From assembly GCA_977017575.1 (NCBI GenBank), contig CDRNVI010000029.1, positions 682,001 to 746,000 of the forward strand: a stretch of DNA of 64,000 nucleotides, written 5' to 3'. Numbering within the stretch: the stretch's first letter is position 1; the number at the start of each line of letters is the position of its first letter. Position numbers and translations under genes: made by a program. Below, piece after piece: positions 1 to 11,758 of this stretch. The notes under the pieces were generated by a model that was not told the origin of the DNA, made no database searches, and worked only from the letters and a program-made list of their open reading frames with translations. This stretch comes from Paramoeba atlantica (taxonomy: Eukaryota > Protista > Discosea).

Positions 1-32
1 CAATATTACCCGAAAAATCTCATTTTCCTCGA

Positions 33-750
33 CCAGCGGGGGAGAAGGGGGTCAACATGAAAATGGTGTCACAGATCTTCGCTAGGGGAACGAGATCTCT
101 CGATTGCAACAAAAATGATGAAAAACAGATAACAAACATTCAATTTGTCACGTGGTGGAATATTTGTCTTTGATTGGTTCTTTCTTGAAACGGTGATAAA
201 TCAATTTTTTAAGCTGTCCCCTTTACTTTTTGCTTGAAGGGGCCTAAGGACGTTGAGATATCATTTTCTCGTTCAAAATTCTGATATCTACACGTTCCCA
301 CCATTTTTAGATCATTTTAGAAACTGAAAAAGAAAATTATTTTTAGGTTCTATTTTTTTGCATCGTCATACCACACTAATTTAAGAAAACAAACACTCCG
401 CGGCCAGGGGGCACAAGTGGGTCAATATTAAAGAATAGCGGCAAAGATTTTTGCTAGGAGAACGAGATCTCTCGTTCGCAACAAAAATCAGCAAAAACGG
501 ACAAAAGTAATTGAATTTCTCATGGGAGGAGAAGATTTATTTTGTTAAAGTGTGAGAAATTGGTCTCTTGAAAAATGTGAAGAAAGTGATAATCCATCTA
601 TCGGATGCACGCATTTGAGAGCCTTGGTTCCATGCTATAACGCGCAAAGTCTTTGTGTTGGGAACAGCAAAATGCAACAAAAATGAGCTCAAACGGACAC
701 TTGGCTGAAAAGTTAGAGGGGGGTGACTTTTCGCTGTGGGGGGTTTATAT
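33..750. repeat. Diverged tandem copies of a transposon-end-like module (GAGATCTCTCG..GCAACAAAAAT..AAACGGACA) ending in GGGGGTTTATA
   Basis: Similar blocks at ~76-140, ~449-510 and ~670-750; a related block recurs at ~39470-39560. Confidence 0.55.
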
Positions 751-1724
751 TAAATAGTTATATATTAAATACTTAAATCTATGACTCTCGATTTGTCCGA
801 AGGAGCGTCTGTGTTGCTCGGTCGCAATCCTATGTCGTAATGCATATTGCACTGCCGGATCCCAGGAGTTCTTCTAGAACTCGCGTTTTCACCAAGTCTT
901 TTCTTCCACGTAATTTCAACCAGGACAGGTGGGATCGGCCGGGATCGGTCGGGATCGTAAATCTCTAGTTCCAACCCTCTAAGTATATCATTTATGCCCG
1001 CTTTCTTAAAGAATCACCGGACGCTTCGAGTAGAGGCCTTGTGTTTACTTTTTATTTCTTCCACAGTAACTGTTTTTCGGGGCCTTCCGATGTTCTTCAC
1101 AAGCTGGAGAGGAAATTTTCGCCAGGGAATTGGGAAAGATCCGGACGGAAGACTTGTTCGTCTCGCATTTCTTGTTTAATTGCTGCTTGAATCACGATGA
1201 TCAGAGATATCCTCAATGTCACTATCGCTTGGAGGGTCTTCAGAAATTTCAACGGTTTCCAAAAGATTTCCAGACTGTGCTTTCTGTTTGAGATCGTCGA
1301 TCAATGGACGTCTCCGTGGCTCATACCCCCACATTTCTCTTCGAATACCAGTGGCATCCCAAGACGCCAAAATGGAACTTTCACTAAGGTCATCTATCGC
1401 TTTGGCTAGGAACGAATATTTTCTTTGACGTGCGATATGTTGAGAAGAAGTGAATACCTTGGCTATGGCGCTATCCGGTTCATGAGACGAAAAAATATCC
1501 GAAACAAATTCATTCCACATTGACTGCGCCTTTGACTTCAGGCAGGCAATGACATACTGATCAGCAGGTTGGTAAATGTGGGTTAGTCCTTCGGGAACAC
1601 TGATGATAATGATGTTATGTTCCATGCAGATGTCCGCCATGCCTTCGAAGTTGTGTTGCGGGGCAGCATCGAGAATAAGACAAATCGTATCGTTTACTTC
1701 GCTTCTACGCTGAATAGCCAACGG

Positions 1725-2709
1725 CGGATTGTCAACACCAACGCACCACTTTTTTTTTCAAATGAGAATTTTTTTTGTCATTTCCAGTACACCACGTTTT
1801 CCTAAAAACTATATTATCACTTCCAATGCACCATCAAATATTCAGAGAAGTACTAAAGCACCGTCCGGGTTATTATACCTAGGGACACCTGAGGGGATGC
1901 GAATGACGTAAAGCGTTGTTTCGCGGTGTTTCGCGCTGTTTCGCGGTGTTTCAACACTAGGTAAGTCAAAAAGGAAATAAGTTACTTATAAAAGTAGCTA
2001 TATTTTATTTGAAATAACCAATGAATGAAAGCAGAGTAGGCACTCGAGGGGGGCAAAATTAGGGAGTATGCCGCGGTGATCTCCATGCGTAAAAAAGATT
2101 AAAATATTAATGTACTATACATTTCAAAACTGAGCTTCACACTCATTCGCAAATAATAAAAAAGTTGAACACATTTCAAATACTGTAACCCCCTTTAACG
2201 TAGAATAATGCGTTTTGTCTCTATGATAGGGGGGTTTGGGGGGGGGTATATTAAAGGGGGGTTACAGTACTGTACTTGGTGCTGATCTTCTCCACTTTAC
2301 ACTTTCGCACTTTGTATTCTTTTTTTCGCGCGACAGCGTTTTACTCGAGCTCGGGAAATCGAATGACACTGCCCGATAGGCCCTTTGCAGGGCATTCCAC
2401 TTGGTCACTTTCCACTTGGTTGCTTTCAGCGCTTGCTTCGAGGGAAGTGGAAGCTTTCATGCGTTTTTGGCGCCATGCTGCGCATTTTGTAAATGTGAAT
2501 AAATTCTTGTCTAATAAAATTTCTTACTCAAATCTTACACGTGTACTACGCTTTATTTAAATACTCTGGGTAAATTTTTATGGTGAAAGGAAAAAGGAAC
2601 GATGTTCGACTATGGTGAGGCGCAGAAAACGGGAACGACCATCGACTATGGTGAAAAAAGTGGTGCGCTGGAGTTGACAATGGGGTGGTGCACTGGAGTT
2701 GAACATCCG
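1725..2709. mobile_element. Non-autonomous TIR element inserted in the pogo transposase
   Basis: Imperfect 25-bp inverted termini (1725-1749 vs 2685-2709, 20/25 match) with internal copies of a GTGGTG..CTGGA.TTGA module (1776-1795, 2660-2679). CGG at 1725-1727 and 2708-2710 is a possible 3-bp TSD. Confidence 0.75.
2183..2267. mobile_element. 85-bp Tc1/mariner-type mini-MITE nested in the 1725-2709 insert
   Basis: TA|CTGTAACCCCCTTTAA ... TTAAAGGGGGGTTACAG|TA inverted termini with TA on both sides. Confidence 0.65.
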
Positions 2710-3552
2710 GGAACTCAACAAAGCACTCAAACCACTTTTGAAAGGTGTCGGTGGTTTGAAAGTGAGACTTTTCATTGTGGTGTTGTTGAATTTTTGGATG
2801 TTCAGTCTCTACCTGGGTGTGCACTCGATTCGTTTTTCCCTTCCAAATAATTTGCATGTTTATCAATTCCCCGTTCGCTGATGTGAGGACCGAAGCTGTA
2901 AAACCGGCCTTCTTTTCGCGCACAACTATTCGACGTTTGTCCCTACGAAGATGCCAAGTCCAACGCCGGGTGGAACCGTGTAAAAATGCAAAAAATTCGT
3001 CCATATTGTACGTATTCTGCTGTTGTGCGGAAGTGCATTTTAATTCCTTATAGAACTCCTCGCCGCCTACAATCGCCTTCTGCACGTTTGTAACGAGTGT
3101 GCTTGTCGCCGAATAAACGCTCGCCCCATGTTTTTGAAGAAAACAACGAGCCCAGAATGTACTGAACACATGGATTCCACCATTTTTGCGCAAAGAATTT
3201 CCTAGCTGACGCTTTCGAAAAGCGGCTATGACAAGGGAAACGATTAATGATGTGTCAACCGTTTCTCCATTGTCCCGAATCCTAATAAAATTTTCTAGAA
3301 CCTCGTTTTCACACGACTCCGTTAAAATTGAGACTCTACCCCGTTTTCGAGGTGTGAAATACGTCTTACACTCCTTATAGTACGATAGCCAACGACAAAC
3401 GGAAGAATACGTAACTTTATTTTGGTTTTTAGCAATCCATCGTTCCACAGCGCTAGTGCTTCCAAAAGTGCGTGCAAGATCTGTTATGGTCTTGATTGCT
3501 TCCGTCCCCCAAACTTCGCGAGAGGATGAACGATCGGAGGACGCAGAACATA

Positions 3553-3931
3553 AAGTGAGGTCGATGGGCATAGACATAAAAAAAGTATTTTTTTTCGGGG
3601 CTTAAACTAATCTAAATAATCTAAAAAATAACCGTAATATAATCCACTCGTATTTGAATACTTCACTGTAATCCACTCGTAAATTAATAATTTTTGAACA
3701 CACTTTTTGAGTAACTTTTAGGCGCCCAAGCCATTGGATTTGTCTGTGATAATTTTATAAAGGTTTCTGTTTCGTATGAAAGTGAGGTCGATGGTGATAG
3801 ACATGAAAAGAAGTATTTTTTTTCGCAGCTAAAAAGAATCTCAATTAAGAATAACCGTAATTATTAATTATATGTTTAATGATTAAACATAACCGTAATA
3901 TAATCCACTCGTATTTGAATACTTCACTGTA
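3553..3931. repeat. Duplicated 5' end and putative TIR of the pogo element
   Basis: 3553-3670 is repeated, with some divergence, at ~3779-3931. Both copies end ...GTATTTGAATACTTCACTG|TA. Confidence 0.75.
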
Positions 3932-4129
3932 TCTTTTATAAATAAATACTAAACCAAATCAGACAGAACCAAATCAGATAGTAGCGAGTAACACCGCGCA
4001 AATAAAACTGTCTGACCGCATCCAGTATTTTTTTAGATTTTGCCGTTGGGAAAATGTCCTTTTTGACCGGAACGTTTAGTGCTGATCAATCGAATTTATA
4101 TTGATTATTATTTAAAACAAATACCTCAT

Positions 4130-4905
4130 ATGGCTGAAACACGGGGTAGAATTCGCACTATAACACTCCCTCTTGAGGTCCAGCTGTACCGCGTTGTGCA
4201 GGGGATAAAAAATCCCCATTCTTCTTGGAACACTACAGTACCCGGATGTGAGTGGGGAGGCGTATATTGTGACAAGAGTGGGATTCTGAATGAGATAAAC
4301 TGGAGTTGTGGAAAATTTCTGGGTCATATTCAGTTGCAATTTATTCCCGAAACGCTGATTAGGTTTGAGTTGGGAGGAAATTTTGGTTATCGGTGGGGCC
4401 TATGCAACAATTTAACAGGTGTTGTTCCTTTTGACTCTCTTCCAGCATCTCTCATCTTCCTTGACGTTTCGGAAAAAATTTTCAGGGAGGTGTCGACCTT
4501 ACATCACTTCCTATGCAACTTGAACACTTGAACGGGAGAGAGAATAAGTTTCGAGGGACTTTAGACCTTACCCTTCTTCCCGCTTCTATGGTTCACCTTG
4601 AGCTTGCCATGAATAACTTGCATGGGACTTTGAACTTCACTAACCTTCCGAGATCTCTCAACTGGCTTAACCTCAACGATAACAATTTTTCGGGTACAAT
4701 TGATTTTCGTTACTTACCGAAATTGGAAATGCTGTACTTGCGGTCCAACCAATTCGAAAAATGTGTGGGCTTGAATTCATGTGAATTGTGCTGCTCTTTG
4801 TCAGGAAATCCAGGTTTGGAAACTGATGAAGAATATCAAGCATGGGTGCGGAAGAATCAAGAAGACGCTCTCGCTCGATTCGGCACCACCAATTATTTTT
4901 TGTAG
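4130..4905 (+). CDS. Leucine-rich repeat protein (Perkinsela-type), with one frameshift
   Basis: CEWGGVYCD..INW cap followed by LPxSLxxLxLxxNxFxGxLD repeats. The frame changes at the A6 run 4473-4478; one extra A joins ORFs 4079-4531 and 4513-4905. Confidence 0.8.
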
Positions 4906-5224
4906 CTACCACCCCGCTCACCCATCATTTTTCATCAAAAGGGGGCAACGTTTAAGAAATAACAATCCATATCTGTTCGAATAAACTTATCCAAAATGAT
5001 CAACAAAAAGAACAGTAGCAGTGGCCCACCGTGACCCACTATGGCCCCGAGTGGACCCGGGTGGACCCAAAATGGACTTTTGGGTCCCAATCTTTCAACC
5101 CAATTTTCAAGGGGTTCTATGCAGTCTGTACAGTCAGCGCGTGACGCCTCGTGACGCTTCGTGACGTTTCGTGACAACCAAGATTAAGATTTACTTGACG
5201 CCATTTATTTAAGTCCGTCCAGCA

Positions 5225-5602
5225 TCAGAGCTCGCACCACCATTTCGGAACACAACTGTCTAATGTACTAGACAGTTGACAACGTACTCCACATACATGT
5301 ATTTCGGCTGGTAGCAGTGGGGGGTCGCATCGATGTAAATAGGTACAGCGTCCACTGCTGTTACAACTGATTCGCCCCAAAATACACGTCGTATTTTTTT
5401 CGTGCGGAATTACCGATTTTGCGCAATCTTTGCAATCCAAAGGCTCCAGGACTTCTACAAAACGAACAAAAAAGCGAGAGATTTTGCCAATGCAGCTTTG
5501 CTCCGACCATCCACGTTTCCTCATGTGGAATGCCAGTATTATACCTCCTACCACTATAACGGAAAAGAAAACTGGCCAAATGATCTGAATTTTTGCTCTC
5601 AC
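5225..5602 (-). CDS. Hypothetical Cys-rich protein with N-terminal hydrophobic segment
   Basis: 125-aa ATG ORF with a TM-like stretch and many Cys. Antisense to the cluster; no family recognised. Confidence 0.25.
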   Translation of the reverse strand: MRAKIQIIWPVFFSVIVVGGIILAFHMRKRGWSEQSCIGKISRFFVRFVEVLEPLDCKDCAKSVIPHEKNTTCILGRISCNSSGRCTYLHRCDPPLLPAEIHVCGVRCQLSSTLDSCVPKWWCEL

Positions 5603-6537
5603 GCTTACGTAGTATTCCGAATCTAGTCTTCCGCTCGATCAGGCTTAAAAGAATATAGCTTAAAAGAATATGTGCTTGGCGCCCTCCATCAGATCAGCTT
5701 CCCAATCTCCATATCTTCTTTGTTGTTGATCACTTCAAATGTTCGGAAAACGCGATTGAGGATAAGAAATCAATTGGAGACACGGCCAGGCCGACACCCG
5801 CGTGATCCTCCACGACGTAGAAAGCATCTCAAGTTTCCACCGAAACGTTCATTCTGGTGGCGGTGCAGCTTGAATTTCGTTATTTTGCGCCGCTTTGACG
5901 AGAAGCGGTACGCCGGCACTGACGACACTTTTGGCAGACGCAAGGCCATTTCTCCGAAACAGAGCGCCACACACTTTCCATAAACTTCACCTTGGCGACG
6001 GGGAGCAAAGACTCTTTGCTCCCCTCTTTAAGAGGGGATCTTCTTCGAGATCCGCACTGGCCTCTCCAAGGAAGTACACGCTCCGGTAGCAGACGCTCGG
6101 AAGAAGATGCGACGATCAACCATGTGGAACAGGACGCGTAATGGACCTGGTGAATTCAATGCCGCACACAGAACGTGCAATACGTAAAAAGTTGTTCATC
6201 GTGCGTTTCACGCGGACTGCGATCCTTCGTTCTAAAAGAACGATTCGTTCCGCACAATAAGTTCCAAAACAAAACAATTTTGGAGTAAAAAGTGTACTCG
6301 CGGTTTAGTAAATTTGAAAACGATGAAAATCTAAAGAAGTACGCAAACGTAGGTGTTAATTTGAGCTTTATTTTGTGCAGTGACTTATAATCTTCTTTGG
6401 GTGAGATTATCAGCAACCCAGTGAGGGGTCCGAACAGAAGTGTGCAAACTAACGTGATCTATACTAAAAACATATTGTGTAGCAACGAACTATCTTTATA
6501 TGATTTATCTTTATTTTGATAATAAATTAATTGGAAT

Positions 6538-6978
6538 ATGGGTTTGACAAGCTTTCGAAAAGCATTATCGCGAGTGTATCCTGGGTCTTCTTTGCTAACT
6601 ACAAAGAATGCAGGCAAAGAGGTTCAAAAAACATCACAAGATGGATCCAGTTGGTCTTTAGCTAAATCAGCCTTGAAGTCGTTTTTGTCACCAGTTGATG
6701 ACGGGCAAATTTATGGCGGGGAGACAGGAAAAATGCCTATTAATGACTGGGCTTTTTGGTTGGAGCGGACATGGCGGTGTCCTTGTGGACATACTTTCCG
6801 CGCTGCCGGCACGTGGGTTCCCACTGAACCTTCGCTATGTGAAGCGCCCGGATGTCCAAATCCCAGGTTTTTCACTTTAGAGAAAAACAAGCATCTACTA
6901 AAATTGACTCACAGTTCGGACAAATCAATAAAACTTGGAGCGAAAACAAATGTTGCTCCTGGTCCAAAGGGCTCATAG
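6538..6978 (+). CDS. Hypothetical protein with CxC...CxxxxC zinc-ribbon-like motif, possibly mitochondrial
   Basis: 146-aa ATG ORF on the cluster strand; WRCPCGH...CEAPGCPNP; basic N-terminus resembling a presequence. Confidence 0.7.
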   Translation: MGLTSFRKALSRVYPGSSLLTTKNAGKEVQKTSQDGSSWSLAKSALKSFLSPVDDGQIYGGETGKMPINDWAFWLERTWRCPCGHTFRAAGTWVPTEPSLCEAPGCPNPRFFTLEKNKHLLKLTHSSDKSIKLGAKTNVAPGPKGS

Positions 6979-7597
6979 CATAGGTACGCTTTCATTACTT
7001 GTACAATATTGCATAATGCAATAAAAGGAACCGGAACAGCGTGAAGAGTAGTTTTCCTTGGTATGGGATATGACGATTGTCTCCAAACATACCCTATCTT
7101 GTAGCCCTCTGGCTGTTATTTCGGTGGTCAAAAGATTATACATTGTATATGCAGATGTACATGACACATACAGTACATGTACACATGTAGTGCTGACATG
7201 TACAGCAGATACACGTACATGTACGTGTGTACTGTAGACGTATTTCGCAGATATACCACGTATCTTGTACCGCGGGAACCTAGCTGTGCCAGGATTAGTA
7301 ACTATCGATAATAACTATCGTTTCGTAACATTTGTGGCTAATCTGCTGCTTATTTGCGAAGGGGTTTGTTTCAGCTACATGTACTTTTCTTTGTACAAAT
7401 AGTCAACATACGATTAGCCAGTATTGCTGCTGAAAGCAGTGTAGGTCGTAAAATAATAACTACAATGTAGAAACAGTAGGGGAGTGATAGACATGCTAGA
7501 TTTTGAGGTCAAAAGCATTTCAAAGTACATCTGCCAAAGTACATTTCAAATGAAAAGTTCAGGAGTAAAAGTACATTCACATTTTCATGTTACTGTA

Positions 7598-8422
7598 ATG
7601 TCCCGCAATATAATTCTAATTGTCGAGCACTTGGAAGATGGCATTGGTCAATGGACCAAACTTGAATACTTGCATATCTTGCAAATTGCAGAAGCGCTAT
7701 GGAGAGAAACTATTACTAAACAAAAAAACCTTGTTGGAAGGCAATCGGAACAGGCAATCAACTTAGAGATTGTCTTTTCAAATATGAGCGAGAAGGAATC
7801 TAATGAGCTGGGCCAAAGCTTCACAACTCCACTAGGAGTCGGTTGTTCGATATTTTCAATCACTATTTCGTCCCTCACATGCGCGGAATACGCGATCAGA
7901 AAATGTAAAGCTTTTTCAGAAGAATATTCAGCATGTGGAATTCCGCTTGTTTGCGTGTTAGATCCTCAATCCTCACACAGACTCACTGAAGAAATTTTTC
8001 CTACGGATGCTAAACATGCTGAGACTTCTTCACTACTTGTATTATCCGTAGGTGGCATTCTAGGGGCTCATCCTATGGATGGACGAACTTATCGTGAATT
8101 GACCTCTACTTTTGGAGAAGCTCTTCATTCTAGCGTTCAGCGCGAATATTTCAAACTTTGCACGGCTCACCTAGGACATAAGCAAATGACCACAGATACT
8201 GCAGCGATAGTTGCGCTGAAAGTTATTTTGCAAGAAGCGAAACTAGAAGGGCTTGAATACGTCGATGATCCAAAATTTCGTCTGTCCAAAATAGAATCTA
8301 TAAAAATGAACGGATTTAGGTATCTTTGTGACTCGAATAGAAAAGATTTCACGCGTCGAACAGCTCTTTTGCCGAAAGGCATGCTTGACTACTGGAAATC
8401 CGAAGATTTTACTTTGAATTAA
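7598..8422 (+). CDS. SFM1: SPOUT-family methyltransferase SFM1 (DUF431)
   Basis: IVEHLE..WTKLEY, LDP, GGILG.HP, HLG.KQMTTDTA, YVDDP and M.GFRY motifs. In-frame upstream ATGs at 7493 and 7550 are also possible starts. Confidence 0.88.
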   Translation: MSRNIILIVEHLEDGIGQWTKLEYLHILQIAEALWRETITKQKNLVGRQSEQAINLEIVFSNMSEKESNELGQSFTTPLGVGCSIFSITISSLTCAEYAIRKCKAFSEEYSACGIPLVCVLDPQSSHRLTEEIFPTDAKHAETSSLLVLSVGGILGAHPMDGRTYRELTSTFGEALHSSVQREYFKLCTAHLGHKQMTTDTAAIVALKVILQEAKLEGLEYVDDPKFRLSKIESIKMNGFRYLCDSNRKDFTRRTALLPKGMLDYWKSEDFTLN

Positions 8423-8450
8423 AGCCGCACAAGAGTAATAGCTAGAAGTA

Positions 8451-8662
8451 CTGTGCCCCCCACTTCTTTTTCGTAGTCCCCCCCACCTGAATTGTCCTTT
8501 TTGACGAGACTGGGCATGAGGCTTTATCCGAACGCTTTGGAGATTCCTAAAATAATGAAAAAAAGTTTGGGACCTTTGTTTCATCTAACCAAATAAATTG
8601 ACCCCCCCACTTAATTGTTCTTTTTTCGGAAAAGTGGTGACAAATAAGTGGGGGGGGCACTG
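8451..8662. mobile_element. Degenerate MITE
   Basis: GTGCCCCCCACTT / AAGTGGGGGGGGCAC inverted termini; internal CCCCCCAC(C/T)T.AATTG repeats. Confidence 0.5.
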
Positions 8663-9279
8663 TGCTTTTTTTTGAGTTTCTTTATCTTTACCAGGGGGCA
8701 TGGATGACTCCAACTCGTGGCAGAAGTGTCTAAAAGGGTGACTACGAGTTTGGGATTCATAGTTTTAGCACTTTGGCGCATGAGTCATGTACAGAAGTCG
8801 AATACTCAAATTTGTAAGCTCTTTCAGGGAATCTAGTGAATTCTGGGTATCGAAGTGCGATGTCGGGTGAGGCACCGTTTACTTGCCTTCTCAACGTTTA
8901 TCTCTGGAGGCTGATACCGTCGGGCGACTGAAAGTCTGTTGTTTCAGTAACATTGATTCGCATATTGTTTAGCGCATCATTTTCCTTATCCTGAAAACAC
9001 GACCACAGGGAAAAAAATCGAAAGTCACACGAAAAAACTGAAATCAATTCATTGTTTCAATAATGGAATTTTAACAATAAATTAATTTAGCGCTTGTTAA
9101 CATTAAACGAATATTAACAATAAACGAATCATCCTTTAAATCCTTGCAAAACGTCAAGTCTTGCCAATCGGGGAGTTTTTTCCCTTTGCACTTTCGTTTC
9201 TGAGATTCACAGTTTCTAATCTCTATCTCTACCGTTTACTTCAAAAAATACCGTTTGCTCGTTTATACATCAAGAATTC

Positions 9280-11427
9280 ATGGAGTCTTTTTGCGGCGAC
9301 AAGGACGCACTGCAATCGTACCTTCATGAAGCGTTCGCTACTATCGAAGCGTGTTCCAAAGCAGCGGCTCAGCTTCCTCGTGGGGACGAGTTCGACTACG
9401 CGAGTGTCTTCGAAGAATTTTCCACCCCGATACAGCAAAGCACGGAGGCTCTTGTTCAAGTACTACGGTCTTTGTGGGGGTCGCACTTAGGAGAAAACAG
9501 TGAAGTTTTGCAGTCCATTCGAAGCACTCAAAACGCTGCAACACTCCAGTCGATCGTGCTGCAAGGATTGCGCACGATGCTAGAAAACGTAGATACCTGT
9601 CTCGATGAACTCTCGGGACAGAAAATGAAAGGCGGCGATCAAGAGGCTCTTCAGTTCGACAATAATCAGACTGCCTCGACGGTGCCAGAGACTAAGACAA
9701 CCCGCATCAAATTGGATCCACCTCCTGACAATAGCAATACCCCTTTTCGCCCTCTTTTATGGAACCCCGATGGGACCTACACCCGAGGCGACCCCGATAC
9801 TCACCCCTACGAGGACCTCATTCGAGACTGGGTTATCCCCCCTGGTCACCTCCTCAAAACCACCGAAACCCCTCCCGCCCCTTTAGCCACCACCCCTTGC
9901 CACTTCCTCACCACGGAACCCGAAATCACCCGCCTCGCCGCCACCCTCGCCTCCCTCCCCGCCTTCGCCGTGGACCTCGAGCATCACGCCCTCTACTCCT
10001 ACCAAGGCGTCACCTGCCTGATGCAAATCAGCACCCGCACCTCCGACTACCTCCTCGACACCCTCCTCACCCGCCCCTTCCTCCACCACCTCGCCCCCCT
10101 CTTCCTCTCCCCCACCATCACCAAAGTCTTCCACGGCGCCCGGGAGGACATCCAGTGGCTCCAGCGCGACTTTGGGCTCTACGTCTGCAACCTCTTCGAC
10201 ACCGGCCAAGCCCTCGCGGCGCTCCACTACCCCCAGAGCCTCTCCTACCTGCTGAAACACTTCTGCGACGTCGCCCCGGACAAGTCGTTTCAGCTCGCGG
10301 ACTGGAGGACCCGGCCGCTTACCCCGGCCATGGTCGCCTACGCCCGAGGGGACACCCACTACCTGCTGTACTGCCACGACAGGCTGCGGAACCTGTTGCT
10401 GGGGGAGGGGGGGGCCCCCGCGAGCAGTACCGTGGTGGTCGGCAACCTGTGCCGCCACGTGTGGGAGATGTCCCGCGGGTTGTGCCTGAGGCGGTACGAG
10501 AAGGGGGCGGGGGGGAGCCCGGTGGAGGGGGTGTGTGACGCCGTGCTGGGGAGGCACTACGGGGGGATGGGGTACCGGCAGGTCGCGGTGACCCGGGGGG
10601 TGTACCGGTGGCGGGAGGAGAGGGCGCGGGGGGAGGATGTGAGTCCCGGGGTGGTGCTGTCGAATGCGGCGGTGGTGCGGGTGGGGTATGGGGTGCCGCG
10701 GGAGGAGGGGGAGTTGGTGAGGTTGTGTGGGCCAGGGTACCGCGGGGGGGGAGAGAAAGGGGTGGAGGAGTTGTTGGAGGTGGTGAGGAGGGCGGCGGAG
10801 GAGGCGGTGGAGGGGGAGGTGCCGGGGGGTGGGGGGGTGGGGGAGGGAGCGGGGGTGGGGTATGGGGGTGGGACGCGACGTGGGGGGTTTGTTTTTGATC
10901 CGAGTCTGTCGAAGGTGCATGTGCCACGTTCAGGGACGTTGCCGAGTATTGAAGGTGTTCCTCCGTTGTTTGGTTTTGGAGAAGACGGAACAACGAAGGA
11001 AAGTCTCGTATCGAATTTAGCGAAAGGCTCTCCTGGTGAGGATAAAACATCTTGTAGCTCTTTGTTTGCCGCTTACGAGTATTTACAAAAGGTGCACGGA
11101 GAAGCAGAGCTAGTAAAACTTCAGGCACTGAGTTCTCAGTTGTCTTCAGTGGCGGCGAAATCCCGAACGCGTCGCCGTGTGCTGGAACGTCTGGCGAAGA
11201 AGAATACGGAGGAGCCAAAGGTTGAGATTTTGGTACCTAAACCTGAGGTCGAACTCAAGGACGAAATTGCAATCGAAATGCTTCCTGAAACCGAGGAAAA
11301 TAAAGAATCGGGGGATGTAGTGGCAGACACTGTTCCCCTTACTATGCGGGAGCGCTATGGAGCTCAAGTCGGGCCAGACGGTCGGCGCCCGAAACGGAAA
11401 GCTGCGACGTGGTATCAACAAGCATAG
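9280..11427 (+). CDS. RRP6: Exosome 3'-5' exonuclease RRP6 (PMC2NT, DEDD exonuclease, HRDC)
   Basis: HPYEDLI, FAVDLEHH..YSYQG.TCLMQISTR, VFHGA..DI.WLQRDFGLY..NLFDT, QLADWR.RPL...M..YA..DTHYLLY and an HRDC region. Confidence 0.96.
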   Translation: MESFCGDKDALQSYLHEAFATIEACSKAAAQLPRGDEFDYASVFEEFSTPIQQSTEALVQVLRSLWGSHLGENSEVLQSIRSTQNAATLQSIVLQGLRTMLENVDTCLDELSGQKMKGGDQEALQFDNNQTASTVPETKTTRIKLDPPPDNSNTPFRPLLWNPDGTYTRGDPDTHPYEDLIRDWVIPPGHLLKTTETPPAPLATTPCHFLTTEPEITRLAATLASLPAFAVDLEHHALYSYQGVTCLMQISTRTSDYLLDTLLTRPFLHHLAPLFLSPTITKVFHGAREDIQWLQRDFGLYVCNLFDTGQALAALHYPQSLSYLLKHFCDVAPDKSFQLADWRTRPLTPAMVAYARGDTHYLLYCHDRLRNLLLGEGGAPASSTVVVGNLCRHVWEMSRGLCLRRYEKGAGGSPVEGVCDAVLGRHYGGMGYRQVAVTRGVYRWREERARGEDVSPGVVLSNAAVVRVGYGVPREEGELVRLCGPGYRGGGEKGVEELLEVVRRAAEEAVEGEVPGGGGVGEGAGVGYGGGTRRGGFVFDPSLSKVHVPRSGTLPSIEGVPPLFGFGEDGTTKESLVSNLAKGSPGEDKTSCSSLFAAYEYLQKVHGEAELVKLQALSSQLSSVAAKSRTRRRVLERLAKKNTEEPKVEILVPKPEVELKDEIAIEMLPETEENKESGDVVADTVPLTMRERYGAQVGPDGRRPKRKAATWYQQA

Positions 11428-11758
11428 TGGAAAGGGTGTATGATTTCGAAGTGCCCCCTAGCTAGGAGACCTTCATTTGTCAAAGCAAAGGAGTTACACC
11501 AAGTCTTAACGCATTCGCATCCTTGTGTTGTATTATTCAATAAGATCTTCTCAAACCGAAATTTATCGTCTATCGTTAATGGCATGTTATAGAGAGGCTA
11601 ATGCTGAGAAGTCTACAATTTGTTTTCCAAAAGAGTGTAGAAAAATGGAAGCTATCCTATTCTCATGTTTTTACGGTGTACTGTCACGAGAAAATGTGTT
11701 GCACAGGATAGTTTAGCTTTTTTTAAATTTCAGTGTATTCGAAAATTATTATACTCGA

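Larger units (their letters stand above)
1176..3577 (-). pseudogene. pogo/Tigger-family (DDE_1) transposase split by a ~980-bp insertion
   Basis: ORF 3577-2711 has an N-terminal HTH region and YNMDE (first D). ORF 1727-1176 has LILDAAPQH (second D) and VPEGLTHIYQPAD (third D). Joining 2711 to 1727 restores one frame of ~472 aa (FVEF-PPLAIQRR). Confidence 0.9.

Noticed and set aside
5672-6416. Assorted short ORFs on both strands, some Cys-rich
   Set aside because: No recognisable motif and multiple stops in every frame; at best a decayed sequence.
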